Source: an uncultured delta proteobacterium
Lineage (GTDB): Bacteria; Bdellovibrionota_C; UBA2361; CAIXSY01
DNA: 48,526 nt
Assembly: GCA_903922175.1 (NCBI GenBank)
Contig: CAIXSY010000429.1
Location: forward strand, 1-48,526
Direction: 5' to 3'
The notes under the pieces: generated by a model
What the model saw: only the letters and a program-made list of their open reading frames with translations
Database searches by the model: none
What the model was told of the DNA's origin: nothing
Made by a program: the position numbers and the translations under genes
Shown here: in pieces, positions 39,447 to 48,526 of the stretch
Position numbering within the stretch: the stretch's first letter is position 1
How the letters are laid out: each line of letters begins with the position of its first letter

Positions 39447-40676
39447 GTGATAGTGGTATTGAATATGATACTTGAGAAACTAAAAAAGCGCATTAAAAGC
39501 CTTCCTTCCTTTGCGATTAAGGAGTCAAGAGATACAATCTGTGCGGCAAGAGAGCATTCAAGGAGCTCGGTAGAGTTTGGTGGCGAGAAGTTTCTGAGGC
39601 TTATAGGCGCGCAGGCCGCTTTATCGGCATTCGCAGAGTACATAGTAGAGTTGCCAGAGCTAAGCGACTTTTCTCTCTCCTATAGAGCGGCGATGAGTGC
39701 ATACGAGGCTCACGGCAGAGCTGTTGGCCCGGTAAGCCCTTCGTTTTTCTTCTATGCTATGTGCTTAGACTTTCAGTTTGGTGACAAAGAAACCATCTCC
39801 TCTCTTTTTCAGAGTGTTGCAGACATTATAAAGCTACCCTCGGAACTAAAGCAGGAAATGGTAGAGCTTTCCGCCTCTGGTTGCTCGGTTTTTGTGCATG
39901 AAGGATTTAGTGGAGAATTACTTCAGGTAAGAGATCTGATCACAGCGCAGGCCTTTGAGCTTGAAGTTCATAGCGGGTACCGTGGGCAGAAAGGCGACAT
40001 CATTTTTACTCGCGTCTCTTATCCGGTGAGCGAAGGGGAGCACGGCGTTATACTCACAACGCCCTACATCATTAATGGCTCCACCAAGTCGGACTGGGAG
40101 AGCTTTTTTGTAAAGCACCAAATAACTGGGGACTCGGAGAAGGAGTCATTACATGCCTTCTTCCGAAACGGCCCGGTGGCCTTAAAGGCACCTAAGTTTT
40201 ACTGGCTTTCCTACGTTACGGCAGCCTACGAAGGTCAAAAAAGCGGAGCAATCTATCTAAAAGGTGCACCAGGCGCTTACGAGGGGTCCTTTAACGTTGA
40301 AAAAAAACTAGACGTAGCGAAAAAGCTTCCAAGCATCTCCGGGACTTTCCTCCACTATATGGATCCACTACTTAGCGGCATGGGGGTAGCTTCTCTAGAT
40401 TCACCAGAAGTTTCGTCGGCCCTTAAGGTTGGCTGGTCAGTTTGGAACGCCGTGGTATCTGCCGATGTAAACGGAGATCCTTCGTTTTTAAAGATGGTCG
40501 AAAAGAGCGTTGTACCTCCTTATAACTCAGTGGTGAATGTGCTCATTGAAAGAAAGAGGGCACTTTTTGGTGAACACAAGTTTTTTATCGGAGAGTACGG
40601 AGTACGGCGTAAGCCGGATGGCACTTTTTCACTTTTTGCCGAGGCAAAAGAGAGTAAGGGGCTTAGGGTGCACTAA
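39447..40676 (+). CDS. Hypothetical protein (409 aa)
   Basis: Long ORF directly after the TA pair, GAGGAG RBS. Confidence 0.7.
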   Translation: MIVVLNMILEKLKKRIKSLPSFAIKESRDTICAAREHSRSSVEFGGEKFLRLIGAQAALSAFAEYIVELPELSDFSLSYRAAMSAYEAHGRAVGPVSPSFFFYAMCLDFQFGDKETISSLFQSVADIIKLPSELKQEMVELSASGCSVFVHEGFSGELLQVRDLITAQAFELEVHSGYRGQKGDIIFTRVSYPVSEGEHGVILTTPYIINGSTKSDWESFFVKHQITGDSEKESLHAFFRNGPVALKAPKFYWLSYVTAAYEGQKSGAIYLKGAPGAYEGSFNVEKKLDVAKKLPSISGTFLHYMDPLLSGMGVASLDSPEVSSALKVGWSVWNAVVSADVNGDPSFLKMVEKSVVPPYNSVVNVLIERKRALFGEHKFFIGEYGVRRKPDGTFSLFAEAKESKGLRVH

Positions 40677-40690
40677 CGAAGGGGGAGGCG

Positions 40691-40906
40691 ATGAATACGA
40701 AGATCTCGTCTTTTGGCAAAGGCTTCGTAGGATATCCCGAGATAGAGCTTGTAAACGAGGGGGAGGTTATCGATCTTGAAGACGGGGCTGTCAGCGGTAA
40801 CATTGATCCTCCGTCTGGATGCACCTTTCTGCGCGCCATCGCCGATAGCACATTTCTTGCGGTAACTAGCGTAGGGGAGTTGTACCGGGTAGACACCGTG
40901 GTGTGA
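40691..40906 (+). CDS. Small hypothetical protein
   Basis: GGAGG RBS, ATG start, operon position. Confidence 0.55.
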   Translation: MNTKISSFGKGFVGYPEIELVNEGEVIDLEDGAVSGNIDPPSGCTFLRAIADSTFLAVTSVGELYRVDTVV

Positions 40907-40942
40907 GTTTTTGGGCGAGATTCAAGATTTCGCGATAACTAT

Positions 40943-42280
40943 TTGAATGAACTAATAATATCTGGGCGTATTCGCGTGGTTTTTCGGCGATGCAACACAA
41001 TCGACGAAACAAACCATAACACCAGTCATATGGGAACTGATAGAAGTAGCAGCAATGGGCCACTTGTACGGCGAGATGGTGCGCCAGAGCCGGTAAGGAC
41101 TGGATGGTTACGGCGCGCAGCCGGAACCTTCGGTGATGCACTGCGGGCTCTTCGTGCTCCCGCCGGAGCTAGGACCGGCGCCGGATCGGCGATTATTCGT
41201 CGTCGGTCCAACAGAAAACAAGAATTCCCCCTGGAGGCGAAGGTTGAGGCGGCAAGTAGAATTGTCGACCTTGCTCTTTATGGAGGCAGATCGGGGGGGC
41301 GCTCTGATATGCCGCCACGATCCCCTTTTGGTATCGCATCACATCCAAGCGTAAGGGCATTTTGGGAACATGTGCTTCAGCGCCCAATAGCTGATGTGGC
41401 GCGAGAGTTCATGAGCACAGCACCTTTTCCGAATGATAGCGAAGAGCGTTACTTAGCGACATCCTTTGAGCCGCATACACGGATCTATTTAGCAGTTGCA
41501 GCGCGGAGTGACCCTGGCGTGCTTGAGAGGGCGGTACTTGCTCTTCCTAAGTACACGCAGTTCGTTGGGGCCACCGGTGATCCGCAGGAGAAAAAACAAA
41601 TTAACCCCGCTACAGAGATAGAACGCCTCAATCGGCTATTCTCAGGTCGGCCATTGCCTTCAGTGGGGAAGCTCCAGGTGAATCTCATCAAAACCGACAC
41701 ATACGAAACATTGGAGGTTACCCGATACGTTAATTTTAGGGGCACGGGAAAGGTCTATTACTCTGTAGGTAAAGATGGGGTTTCCTATGGGATTTCGGAG
41801 GAGGGTGGATTGTCGGATCCGTGTGGGCTACTTCCCGATTTAGCCGTTGTTGACCCACGCGCTCTTCGATTTCCGACATACTCACAGCTACTTAGTACCA
41901 TGGAGAGGGAGGGGCGGGATATAGAATGGGACGTAATGGAGACGCAGAAGGCAAAGCTTCCGGAATTTCCCCCAAGTGGCCCGAGGCAATTTCGTTATTG
42001 CTCGTACGAAGCGCAGCAGAGTCTAGCAACAGATTTACTGGGGAAGGATCAAGCGTGTATTGACGTAGTGAATAATGGTTGGAACACGCAGCTTCGTCTT
42101 GATGTCTATAGTGCAGCAGCTCGTAGTCCTGACGCCGCTATACGAATACTTGGAACGACACTATTGAGCCTATATCCTCAGGCTGAGCCGTTTCTTCTGG
42201 AAGCGGCTAATGACTCTCATCCACAGGTTGCTGAGATCGCGCGTAAAGCGCTTAGAAGCCTGGCAGGTGCGGCGGATTGA
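40943..42280 (+). CDS. Hypothetical protein with a C-terminal HEAT-like repeat
   Basis: PFLLEAANDSHPQVAEIARKAL; disordered N-terminus; likely start ATG 41030. Confidence 0.65.
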   Translation: MNELIISGRIRVVFRRCNTIDETNHNTSHMGTDRSSSNGPLVRRDGAPEPVRTGWLRRAAGTFGDALRALRAPAGARTGAGSAIIRRRSNRKQEFPLEAKVEAASRIVDLALYGGRSGGRSDMPPRSPFGIASHPSVRAFWEHVLQRPIADVAREFMSTAPFPNDSEERYLATSFEPHTRIYLAVAARSDPGVLERAVLALPKYTQFVGATGDPQEKKQINPATEIERLNRLFSGRPLPSVGKLQVNLIKTDTYETLEVTRYVNFRGTGKVYYSVGKDGVSYGISEEGGLSDPCGLLPDLAVVDPRALRFPTYSQLLSTMEREGRDIEWDVMETQKAKLPEFPPSGPRQFRYCSYEAQQSLATDLLGKDQACIDVVNNGWNTQLRLDVYSAAARSPDAAIRILGTTLLSLYPQAEPFLLEAANDSHPQVAEIARKALRSLAGAAD

Positions 42281-42650
42281 GATAGTGGCATGTAACGTCC
42301 ATGTAACGTCCCGGCCCTTCTTCGCGCCTGCGTGCCATTTGCTACCAAGCTAGACGGTATCATCAACTATGGCTGGACTGGTCACCTAGCGCGACTTTAT
42401 TAAACGATACCGGGTATCGTATCACTCCTACAAAACAACCTCTAATCACCAGCAAGCTTGGTTCCCGGTTCTGGTTCCCAAATTCCCTATAGCGTGTGGG
42501 AACCAGGAACCACCTCCGTCTGTCGTCCACATCCACAACTTGTCCATCATTTTACGAGTATTGGCATGTTACAAAAGCATCGCCGAGGCGAGCACCTAAT
42601 TTTATCTTGGTCAGGAGGAAACTTTTGTCATCTTTGCTCGATACATAGAT

Positions 42651-43832
42651 ATGAGCACTGTGAAAGGTGCCACATTTAGTGGATGGAGCGAGAATATGAC
42701 GAATAGTGTAGGAGGTTTAAGCTCACCGTGGGATGGAATAGATTATTTCTCAGGTCTACAGAAGGAAAATGCGCAGGTTCAGAACGCTTTTGGCTACCAG
42801 CCAAAGTGCGAAGATGTGCTTCGGAGTGTCACCCTTTCGAGCGAAAAAGAAGGTGGCTTCTGCGTTGCCTATCCGGCCACTGGTAGCAACGTCTCAAACA
42901 AGAACAACGATACCATGAGTATCTTTGTAAACGGGCTCGATAATACAAATGGTGAGGCTGCTCGGAGTGCTGCGCTTTTGGCACAAAGCCTCGGACGGCC
43001 GGTCTTACGTATTCATAACGACAGAGAGGACTACCCTTGGGTTGTAGGCTCGTTTAAAGCGTTGGTTGGAAAACTCTCGCCTACAGCAGGCGCTGCGGCG
43101 GAACAGTCTGTTAACACACTAGCCGACACGATAGATCGTCAATTTCGGCAAGGAGGCACGGTCGATCTACATGTGCATAGCCAGGGCTCGGTAATAGGAA
43201 GTAACGCCCTCAGCCTTCTACACGACCGGCTCTCAGCCGATGATTGGGAAAAGCTTACTACGACGCAGCTAAGGGTTACTGCTTACGGTGCAGCCGAACA
43301 TTTGTGGCCACCGGGCGTGAGGGCTACTGATAACTACTTTGTCGGCGATTATGTGACGGGGCTCACGGCCCCGGTCGATGAAACGGTTAGCAAGCTCGGA
43401 AGCGTCTTAAGTGCCGCCTATAATAGTGGGACGTGGGTTCTAGAGAAGCTATTTGGAAGTGGGGAAGGGGAAACAAATAGGCAAAATCAATTCTACGGTG
43501 AGACATATCATAATCCTGTTGCAGGTAGCGCTTTAGACCAGCACCCATTTGTCGGGTATATGCAAGCACAAGCACAGTTTTTGGTCGGGCGTCACTCCAC
43601 GCTTGGTTTTTTTGTCGATGGTAGGGGCGTAGCGGCAGACCTCATAGAGTCGATTAGAAACGGGGAGTATTCGGATGCGGTTCATGAACGTGTCGCTGAG
43701 CTGATGCGATCTTCCGGCAGTTCAGATTTTGCTAAAAGCATTTGCACGGCAATTGACCGAGGTGAGCTGGGGGCGTTTCACTTCAGTGCCGATGAAGAAA
43801 GGCAACTTCGTTTAGCGGCAGGTGCTAACTAG
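42651..43832 (+). CDS. Alpha/beta-hydrolase-like protein
   Basis: IFVNG..N, nucleophile elbow LHVHSQG, V.AYGAA, GD.V, late His. Confidence 0.7.
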   Translation: MSTVKGATFSGWSENMTNSVGGLSSPWDGIDYFSGLQKENAQVQNAFGYQPKCEDVLRSVTLSSEKEGGFCVAYPATGSNVSNKNNDTMSIFVNGLDNTNGEAARSAALLAQSLGRPVLRIHNDREDYPWVVGSFKALVGKLSPTAGAAAEQSVNTLADTIDRQFRQGGTVDLHVHSQGSVIGSNALSLLHDRLSADDWEKLTTTQLRVTAYGAAEHLWPPGVRATDNYFVGDYVTGLTAPVDETVSKLGSVLSAAYNSGTWVLEKLFGSGEGETNRQNQFYGETYHNPVAGSALDQHPFVGYMQAQAQFLVGRHSTLGFFVDGRGVAADLIESIRNGEYSDAVHERVAELMRSSGSSDFAKSICTAIDRGELGAFHFSADEERQLRLAAGAN

Positions 43833-43914
43833 TGGCGATACGCAAAAAAGTAAGAAGTGTTAGTGGAGTGACTAAGTGAGCATGAAGGAGCGCTAAATTT
43901 AGGAGGGAGTATTC

Positions 43915-44445
43915 ATGAGCCTAAAATATCCAGAAGGGTTGATACCCGAAAACGAGCCTGAGATGCGAAGGCTTGCCGAGATGCCGTACAAGGATTACGA
44001 AGTTTTACCGAGTGACGCCAAGAACGGATTTATGCGGATGATAGCTGCGTATCATTTGCCGCAGGAGGTTTATGAGTACCTAGAGGTGCAGATCGAAGAC
44101 GGTTGTATTCGTCTTTACCCGAAGGGGCCAGTCCCAACTTGGCTTGTCCAATGTTTTCAGGTGGTAGAGGCAGAACTACTTCGTGTGCGCGCACAGATTG
44201 GCTTTGTAGGTAGCGATCCGGACGTGAAGCGCGGTGTCGGAGGGTTTCCAAAGCCGCTAGATGAGAAGGCGGCCCTTTGCAAGGCAAGAAAACTTTCACC
44301 TTTAGGCTCATCGGAAGAAATAGCTCTATTAGTAAGAAAGCTATTGGAGGAGGACAAAAATAGGCAGGCCGAGCGCCGCCTAGTGCAAGCACAGCTTGAT
44401 TCGGTGCGAGAAACTCTATCTGCGTGCAAGAGGGACGAAAATTAG
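43915..44445 (+). CDS. Hypothetical protein sharing its C-terminal domain with the downstream Fic protein
   Basis: AGGAGG RBS; GFVGSD....G.GGFPKP motif is also in 44788-45801. Confidence 0.75.
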   Translation: MSLKYPEGLIPENEPEMRRLAEMPYKDYEVLPSDAKNGFMRMIAAYHLPQEVYEYLEVQIEDGCIRLYPKGPVPTWLVQCFQVVEAELLRVRAQIGFVGSDPDVKRGVGGFPKPLDEKAALCKARKLSPLGSSEEIALLVRKLLEEDKNRQAERRLVQAQLDSVRETLSACKRDEN

Positions 44446-44575
44446 GCCGGTGTAGATCCAAGAGGGGGGGGGCAGGACATAAGTACTAAAATAATTTCAT
44501 TACCACCCCCCGCAGAGCATGTCTGTCTGTGATATACTGGAAGGCCTACTAAAATCTTTGGAGAGGAGAATATTT

Positions 44576-44791
44576 ATGATGCAGGACATGAGCCGCTGGA
44601 AGGCAATTCAAAATTCAATGGCAATTGAAGGCTATGAAATTTCAGATGCAATGCTTGAGAAGGTCGCTCGCGAGCATGATGTAGCAGGAGGTGATGCTGA
44701 GATAGAACGCCTCGTTGCTAAGGCAAAAGCCGAAGGACGCTCACTTTTAGATCTATTAAAAGAACACTATGAGGGTGGGGAGGGGGTGTGA
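44576..44791 (+). CDS. VbhA/FicA-like antitoxin
   Basis: NSMAIEG matches the (S/T)xxxE(G/N) Fic inhibitory motif; overlaps the fic start; GAGGAG RBS. Confidence 0.8.
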   Translation: MMQDMSRWKAIQNSMAIEGYEISDAMLEKVAREHDVAGGDAEIERLVAKAKAEGRSLLDLLKEHYEGGEGV

Positions 44792-45801
44792 GCGAAGAGT
44801 TCTTCAAACACCTCCCCTCTGATTGGGAAAGGGTGCAGCGTCTTGGCCTACTGCCCGGCGTTACAAGCGCCGAGGAGTATGCAAGGCGAGTAACACTTGG
44901 GATGGCCAGTGCTCAGGCTATGCTAAAGACGATGGGCGAAGTGGTGCCTTCCGAAGATACGATACGGGCCCTTCATTATACAACATTCCGACTTGTACAC
45001 CCCTGGGCGGGAAGATTTCGAACAATAGGGCAGGAAGTACAGGCGGGAAGCCTTATCTGCTCGGATGCAAAAGATATCAGGCGCGAACTGCAAGAGGTAA
45101 CTCGTGAGATGCATCGCTACCCGCTAAAAGGCACAAAGAAACATCTTTCGGAGATAATCGCCTATTACCATGCGGCGTTTATCGCCATTCATCCCTTTCT
45201 TGACGGAAATGGGCGGGTTGGACGTTTGATGTTGGACTACCAGATGCAGTCTCTTCTTGGAAAAACGCTAGATCAACAGATCCCGAAAAAAGACTATGTT
45301 AAGGCGATCCAGAAGGCGGCGGAGTATGGCGACCTTAAGCCGTTGGCAGAAATTATCCAAGCATATGGGCGAGAGATAAGCATAGATAAGCGCAAACTTG
45401 TTGTGGTAGCGAGCAATACGCAGGTGATCACCAAAACGCTGGAGCAATCGGAAAAAGATCACACAGCGCTTCTAAAAAAAGAGAAAGAGTTGCTCGCGCA
45501 GAGAAGAAAGCTTGGTTTTGTTGGCTCCGATGCTGATGCGTTATATGGCCTTGGAGGTTTTCCAAAGCCGATGACTGAAAACGCGGCATTAAAGCAGGCC
45601 GATGAGTCTGTACCCTGGTTTTTAACCAAAGATGAGGCCCTTCTGATGGCTAGGGAAATTTTAGCAAGGGAGCGAGCCGTAGAAGAGCAGCGGCGGCTGG
45701 TCCAGGAGTCGTTAATTGCCGTTCGATCTGATCTCGTTAGGCACGCGCGAGTGGATGTGGGGCGTGGCATAGGAAGAAAGATGGGGCAGGGGAGAAAGTA
45801 G
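44788..45801 (+). CDS. Fic-family toxin with a C-terminal extension
   Basis: Canonical HPFLDGNGRVGR; LH...F.....WAG.FR. Confidence 0.9.
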   Translation: MSEEFFKHLPSDWERVQRLGLLPGVTSAEEYARRVTLGMASAQAMLKTMGEVVPSEDTIRALHYTTFRLVHPWAGRFRTIGQEVQAGSLICSDAKDIRRELQEVTREMHRYPLKGTKKHLSEIIAYYHAAFIAIHPFLDGNGRVGRLMLDYQMQSLLGKTLDQQIPKKDYVKAIQKAAEYGDLKPLAEIIQAYGREISIDKRKLVVVASNTQVITKTLEQSEKDHTALLKKEKELLAQRRKLGFVGSDADALYGLGGFPKPMTENAALKQADESVPWFLTKDEALLMAREILARERAVEEQRRLVQESLIAVRSDLVRHARVDVGRGIGRKMGQGRK

Positions 45802-45820
45802 AATCTGATCGTTGGAACTA

Positions 45821-46003
45821 TTAATCTACATACTCAATCTCCTTTTTCTTATTTCTCAGCATCACCGACGAAGTGGCCTCCATAAGCTTAATCTGCATCG
45901 TTGAGCCATCATCAAAATCAAGTAAAAGCACTGGCCCACTCTGACGAACACTTTTAATTGTTCGGCCCTTAATGATGGAGGTGAGTTTCTTATTTGCTGC
46001 CAT
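45821..46003 (-). CDS. Small hypothetical protein (60 aa)
   Basis: AAGGA RBS, follows the HNH gene. Confidence 0.6.
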   Translation of the reverse strand: MAANKKLTSIIKGRTIKSVRQSGPVLLLDFDDGSTMQIKLMEATSSVMLRNKKKEIEYVD

Positions 46004-46009
46004 GGGTCC

Positions 46010-46489
46010 TTAACGTTTCTTATTTGTAACCGGCTTCCCCGTCTTAAAATACTTCTTGTATGCCCCGATCCAATCCGAAGCTATTTCATCTTGCGCCTGG
46101 GTGAGAGAGAGTTTGTTCGTGCATACAAGCTTATGAAGCTTATTCTCCAGGGCATCTTTAACACGAGCGTTCCAGAGACCTTGGTAGGCCTGCGGAAAGA
46201 GATTCTTGATTGAGTTAGAACCCCCAAGCTCAAGAGAGATCAGGTGATCGACCTCGTATGCACCTTTTGTAGGATGAGGGATCCCGTAGCGTTGAAAGAC
46301 TTCTTTTCTCACAGACCCAGGGACGTTTCTTACCTTTTTGGTGTAGCCCACAACGCAGACATCTTTTTTAGTCACTTCCAGGATATCGCCCGGCGTTAGT
46401 TTGGGGTCAGGGGCAAATGGGCCCTCGGCAAAAGCCGGAGCAGCTGAAAATAGCAAAGAAAGAAATAGGGCAACAATAAGATGCTTCAT
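46010..46489 (-). CDS. Secreted HNH endonuclease-like protein
   Basis: Signal peptide MKHLIVALFLSLLFSAAPAFA; YEVDHLISLELGGSN...NLFPQ; KD.LEN.LH..VC. Confidence 0.8.
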   Translation of the reverse strand: MKHLIVALFLSLLFSAAPAFAEGPFAPDPKLTPGDILEVTKKDVCVVGYTKKVRNVPGSVRKEVFQRYGIPHPTKGAYEVDHLISLELGGSNSIKNLFPQAYQGLWNARVKDALENKLHKLVCTNKLSLTQAQDEIASDWIGAYKKYFKTGKPVTNKKR

Positions 46490-46838
46490 GGTGACATAAT
46501 GAATTGTTTTGGAGCAGCAGTGCAAGAGCCACATATCCGAGAGTTTAGTGGTTTCGCCCCCCGAGTCAAAAGCCGCGCCAGGGTACGCTGCGCTTTTCTC
46601 CGCTGTCACGTCTTTTGCCGCGTGGTGCGTCCTCAAACTTCTTAGGTAAGCGCTGCAAGACACACAAGCCAAACAGCCAATCGGCCTTGCGCCCTGGGGC
46701 GCAAGAAGTATTTAGCACTCCGTGCGGGGGAGGGGTCATTTTTTGTTGCACGAGGAGGTGAAAACAAAAAATGCCTCCTCCCCCTACCGGGTGCGCTGGT
46801 TTTGGGAACCGAGGAGTCAATAAATCGGAGAGAATAAG

Positions 46839-47270
46839 ATGGGAAACGTAGCTGCAAGTCGAAAAATAGAAATCACCGAGCAGGCTCTTGCCATGTTTAC
46901 TGGCAGCGAGAGCTTTTATCGGCACTCGTTAGCAAGAAACGTAATTTACACCGAAGGGTGCAAGTTTATCTCTGAGAATGGTGCTGCTTGGCTTATTGAC
47001 GAGATTGCACTTGTACAAAACACGAAAGGCCTCTTAAGCCAAGAGTTTCAAAGCTGGGAGCTTACGGTTGACCTAGAGAGCCGTAGCGGGAAGCTCCTTG
47101 CGACAGACGGCGGTGCTATGGAGACCGCGCATGGAGTCGCGGTCTATTGGGAGCTACTCCGCAAGGAGATTCCCTACACAGACTTTCCGCTGGCAAGCAT
47201 AGAACTTTATTGCTGCGCCAACGGCGAGCCTCAAAACGGGAAAACCATAATGCTTGTAAGCGAGTATTAG
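46839..47270 (+). CDS. DUF6876-like protein
   Basis: FTG.E..YRH, YTEG......GA.WL.D.I, FQ.W.L.V, IPYTDFPL. Confidence 0.75.
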   Translation: MGNVAASRKIEITEQALAMFTGSESFYRHSLARNVIYTEGCKFISENGAAWLIDEIALVQNTKGLLSQEFQSWELTVDLESRSGKLLATDGGAMETAHGVAVYWELLRKEIPYTDFPLASIELYCCANGEPQNGKTIMLVSEY

Positions 47271-47282
47271 GGTGACTCAGAA

Positions 47283-47308
47283 AGGGCGGCAAAGTGCCGC
47301 CCGATTTT
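47283..47308 (+). terminator. Possible intrinsic terminator hairpin
   Basis: GGGCGGCA-aag-TGCCGCCC then GATTTT. Confidence 0.45.
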
Positions 47309-47336
47309 AACAAATAAAAATTATATTAGGAGATTA

Positions 47337-47630
47337 TTGATGGACATTTTTTGCGCCAACTGCGGGGAGCCATGGGACGTTTCATCTGTAGCTGAAGTAA
47401 GGCACGGACAAGATACAGACCCGGCCTGGAAACTTAATAGAAGCGGGTACCCGCTTAACTGCCCCTGCTGCCCGAAAGGTAAAGACGGCAAACCAAAGAT
47501 GCAGGAGAAGAAGAGCCCGCGGGCAAAAGCCGCCGCAATCGTCGCAGACCTTTTAGGCGACGATATAGACGGTGCCGCCTGTCTTTTAGAAGACGGTGAG
47601 TTCTTGGGTCTAATGAACGACGACTATTAA
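47337..47630 (+). CDS. Hypothetical zinc-binding protein of mobile elements
   Basis: MDIFCANCGEPWD, CPCC, LLGDDIDG; AGGAG RBS. Confidence 0.7.
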   Translation: MMDIFCANCGEPWDVSSVAEVRHGQDTDPAWKLNRSGYPLNCPCCPKGKDGKPKMQEKKSPRAKAAAIVADLLGDDIDGAACLLEDGEFLGLMNDDY

Positions 47631-48053
47631 CCCATGCCGGCAGGGGGTCTCCCCCTGCCGGTTCTCCACGGAGCTGGCCTTCGCCAGCCTAAAATCTGGC
47701 GCGCTACCGCGCGCTGTTTTAACTACAAACACCAAAAGAACGAGAAGGGTGGCGATGCGCTAGCGCTGGATCTTCGGCGTTGCCTTTGCTTATACTTCTT
47801 CCTATCAACACACTGAGATCTTGGTACTCAATACCAATGAAGGGGGCCTCTTTAGGCTAGGTGGCTTGGTGTGCCATATTTAACCGGTTGAGGAGTGCTC
47901 TGAGCTAAAAGTTAGACTATATTAAGCATTACTAAATGCGTCCTAGTGAGTGTACGCTTACCTGTTTCCAAGGAAACGGACGCGCCAGATCGGAGATCCG
48001 CACGCCAGGGGCGTTCCCCCTGACGCTTACTGTTTTTGATAAGGAGACTACCA

Positions 48054-48302
48054 ATGGAAGAGACTAAGAAGTGTCCAAAGTGCCAAAGCACCATGGACTT
48101 TGGCTATGTGCCAGACTTCGTGCACGGTAATAGCTGCGGCTGCCTTGCGGCTTGGCACCAAGGTGAACCGGAGGCTAAAACTTTTCTGGGTCTAAAAACC
48201 GGAGGTCTCAATGTGAAGGAAGATGGCCTGCCTCTTGTAGCCTATCGCTGCCCCAAGTGCTCACTGGTTGAGTGGTATGCCATGGACGTGTCAGAAAGTT
48301 AG
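48054..48302 (+). CDS. Small zinc-ribbon protein (DUF6487-like)
   Basis: KCPKCQ..M..G and AYRCPKC; AAGGAG RBS. Confidence 0.7.
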   Translation: MEETKKCPKCQSTMDFGYVPDFVHGNSCGCLAAWHQGEPEAKTFLGLKTGGLNVKEDGLPLVAYRCPKCSLVEWYAMDVSES

Positions 48303-48526
48303 ATGGACCTTTACCCGAGACACCACCGAAGGGAAGCCTCGATGGGGTAGGGGAGTAGGGTCATTTTTCCCCATACCTCAAGCCACACCCCATGATCTCG
48401 GTACTCAGGGCCATTGCGGTGGGCGATTTTTGGCTAGGTAACCTTTAACGTGCTATTTTGTGCAAGTCCGCAACTGCTCCGGTATTGCTTACCGCGGGAT
48501 CCCAATATGCACATTTGGCGCAGGAT

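Noticed and set aside
46490-46925. Upstream extension of the HNH ORF and overlapping minus-strand ORFs
   Set aside because: They run through a hairpin-rich non-coding region; the signal peptide begins at 46489.

Overview
This window looks like part of a large plasmid or plasmid-derived island; it has no housekeeping genes, rRNA or tRNA. (1) 0.5-10.8 kb: a Cre-like tyrosine recombinase and four co-oriented lox-like sites (13-bp arm YTCCGATAA, 7-bp spacer, TTATCRGA arm). The sites divide the region into cargo modules (hypothetical, HNH/Zn-like, JAB-like and TIR genes). An intact IS66 (22-bp TIRs, 8-bp TSD) carrying a DUF4338/DruA-like passenger gene interrupts one module. (2) 12-28 kb: a minus-strand defence cluster of short DprA, AlbA_2/HATPase regulator, SNF2 helicase-DUF3883, DUF1156 methylase, DUF499 ATPase, DUF4297 nuclease and HerA. 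(3) 28.5-37.3 kb: a back-to-back double replicon. Two paralogous RepA genes each have their own iterons, and they enclose two tandem ParA+partner modules and palindromic TGCCTCTATAGAGGCA sites; the second par module is decaying. (4) 37.4-48.5 kb: an AbiEi/nucleotidyltransferase pair (toxin frameshifted), effector-like genes, a VbhA-like antitoxin/Fic toxin pair whose C-terminal domain recurs in a neighbouring gene, a secreted HNH protein and a hairpin-rich leading-region-like segment. All family calls come from recognising motifs by eye; no searches were run.
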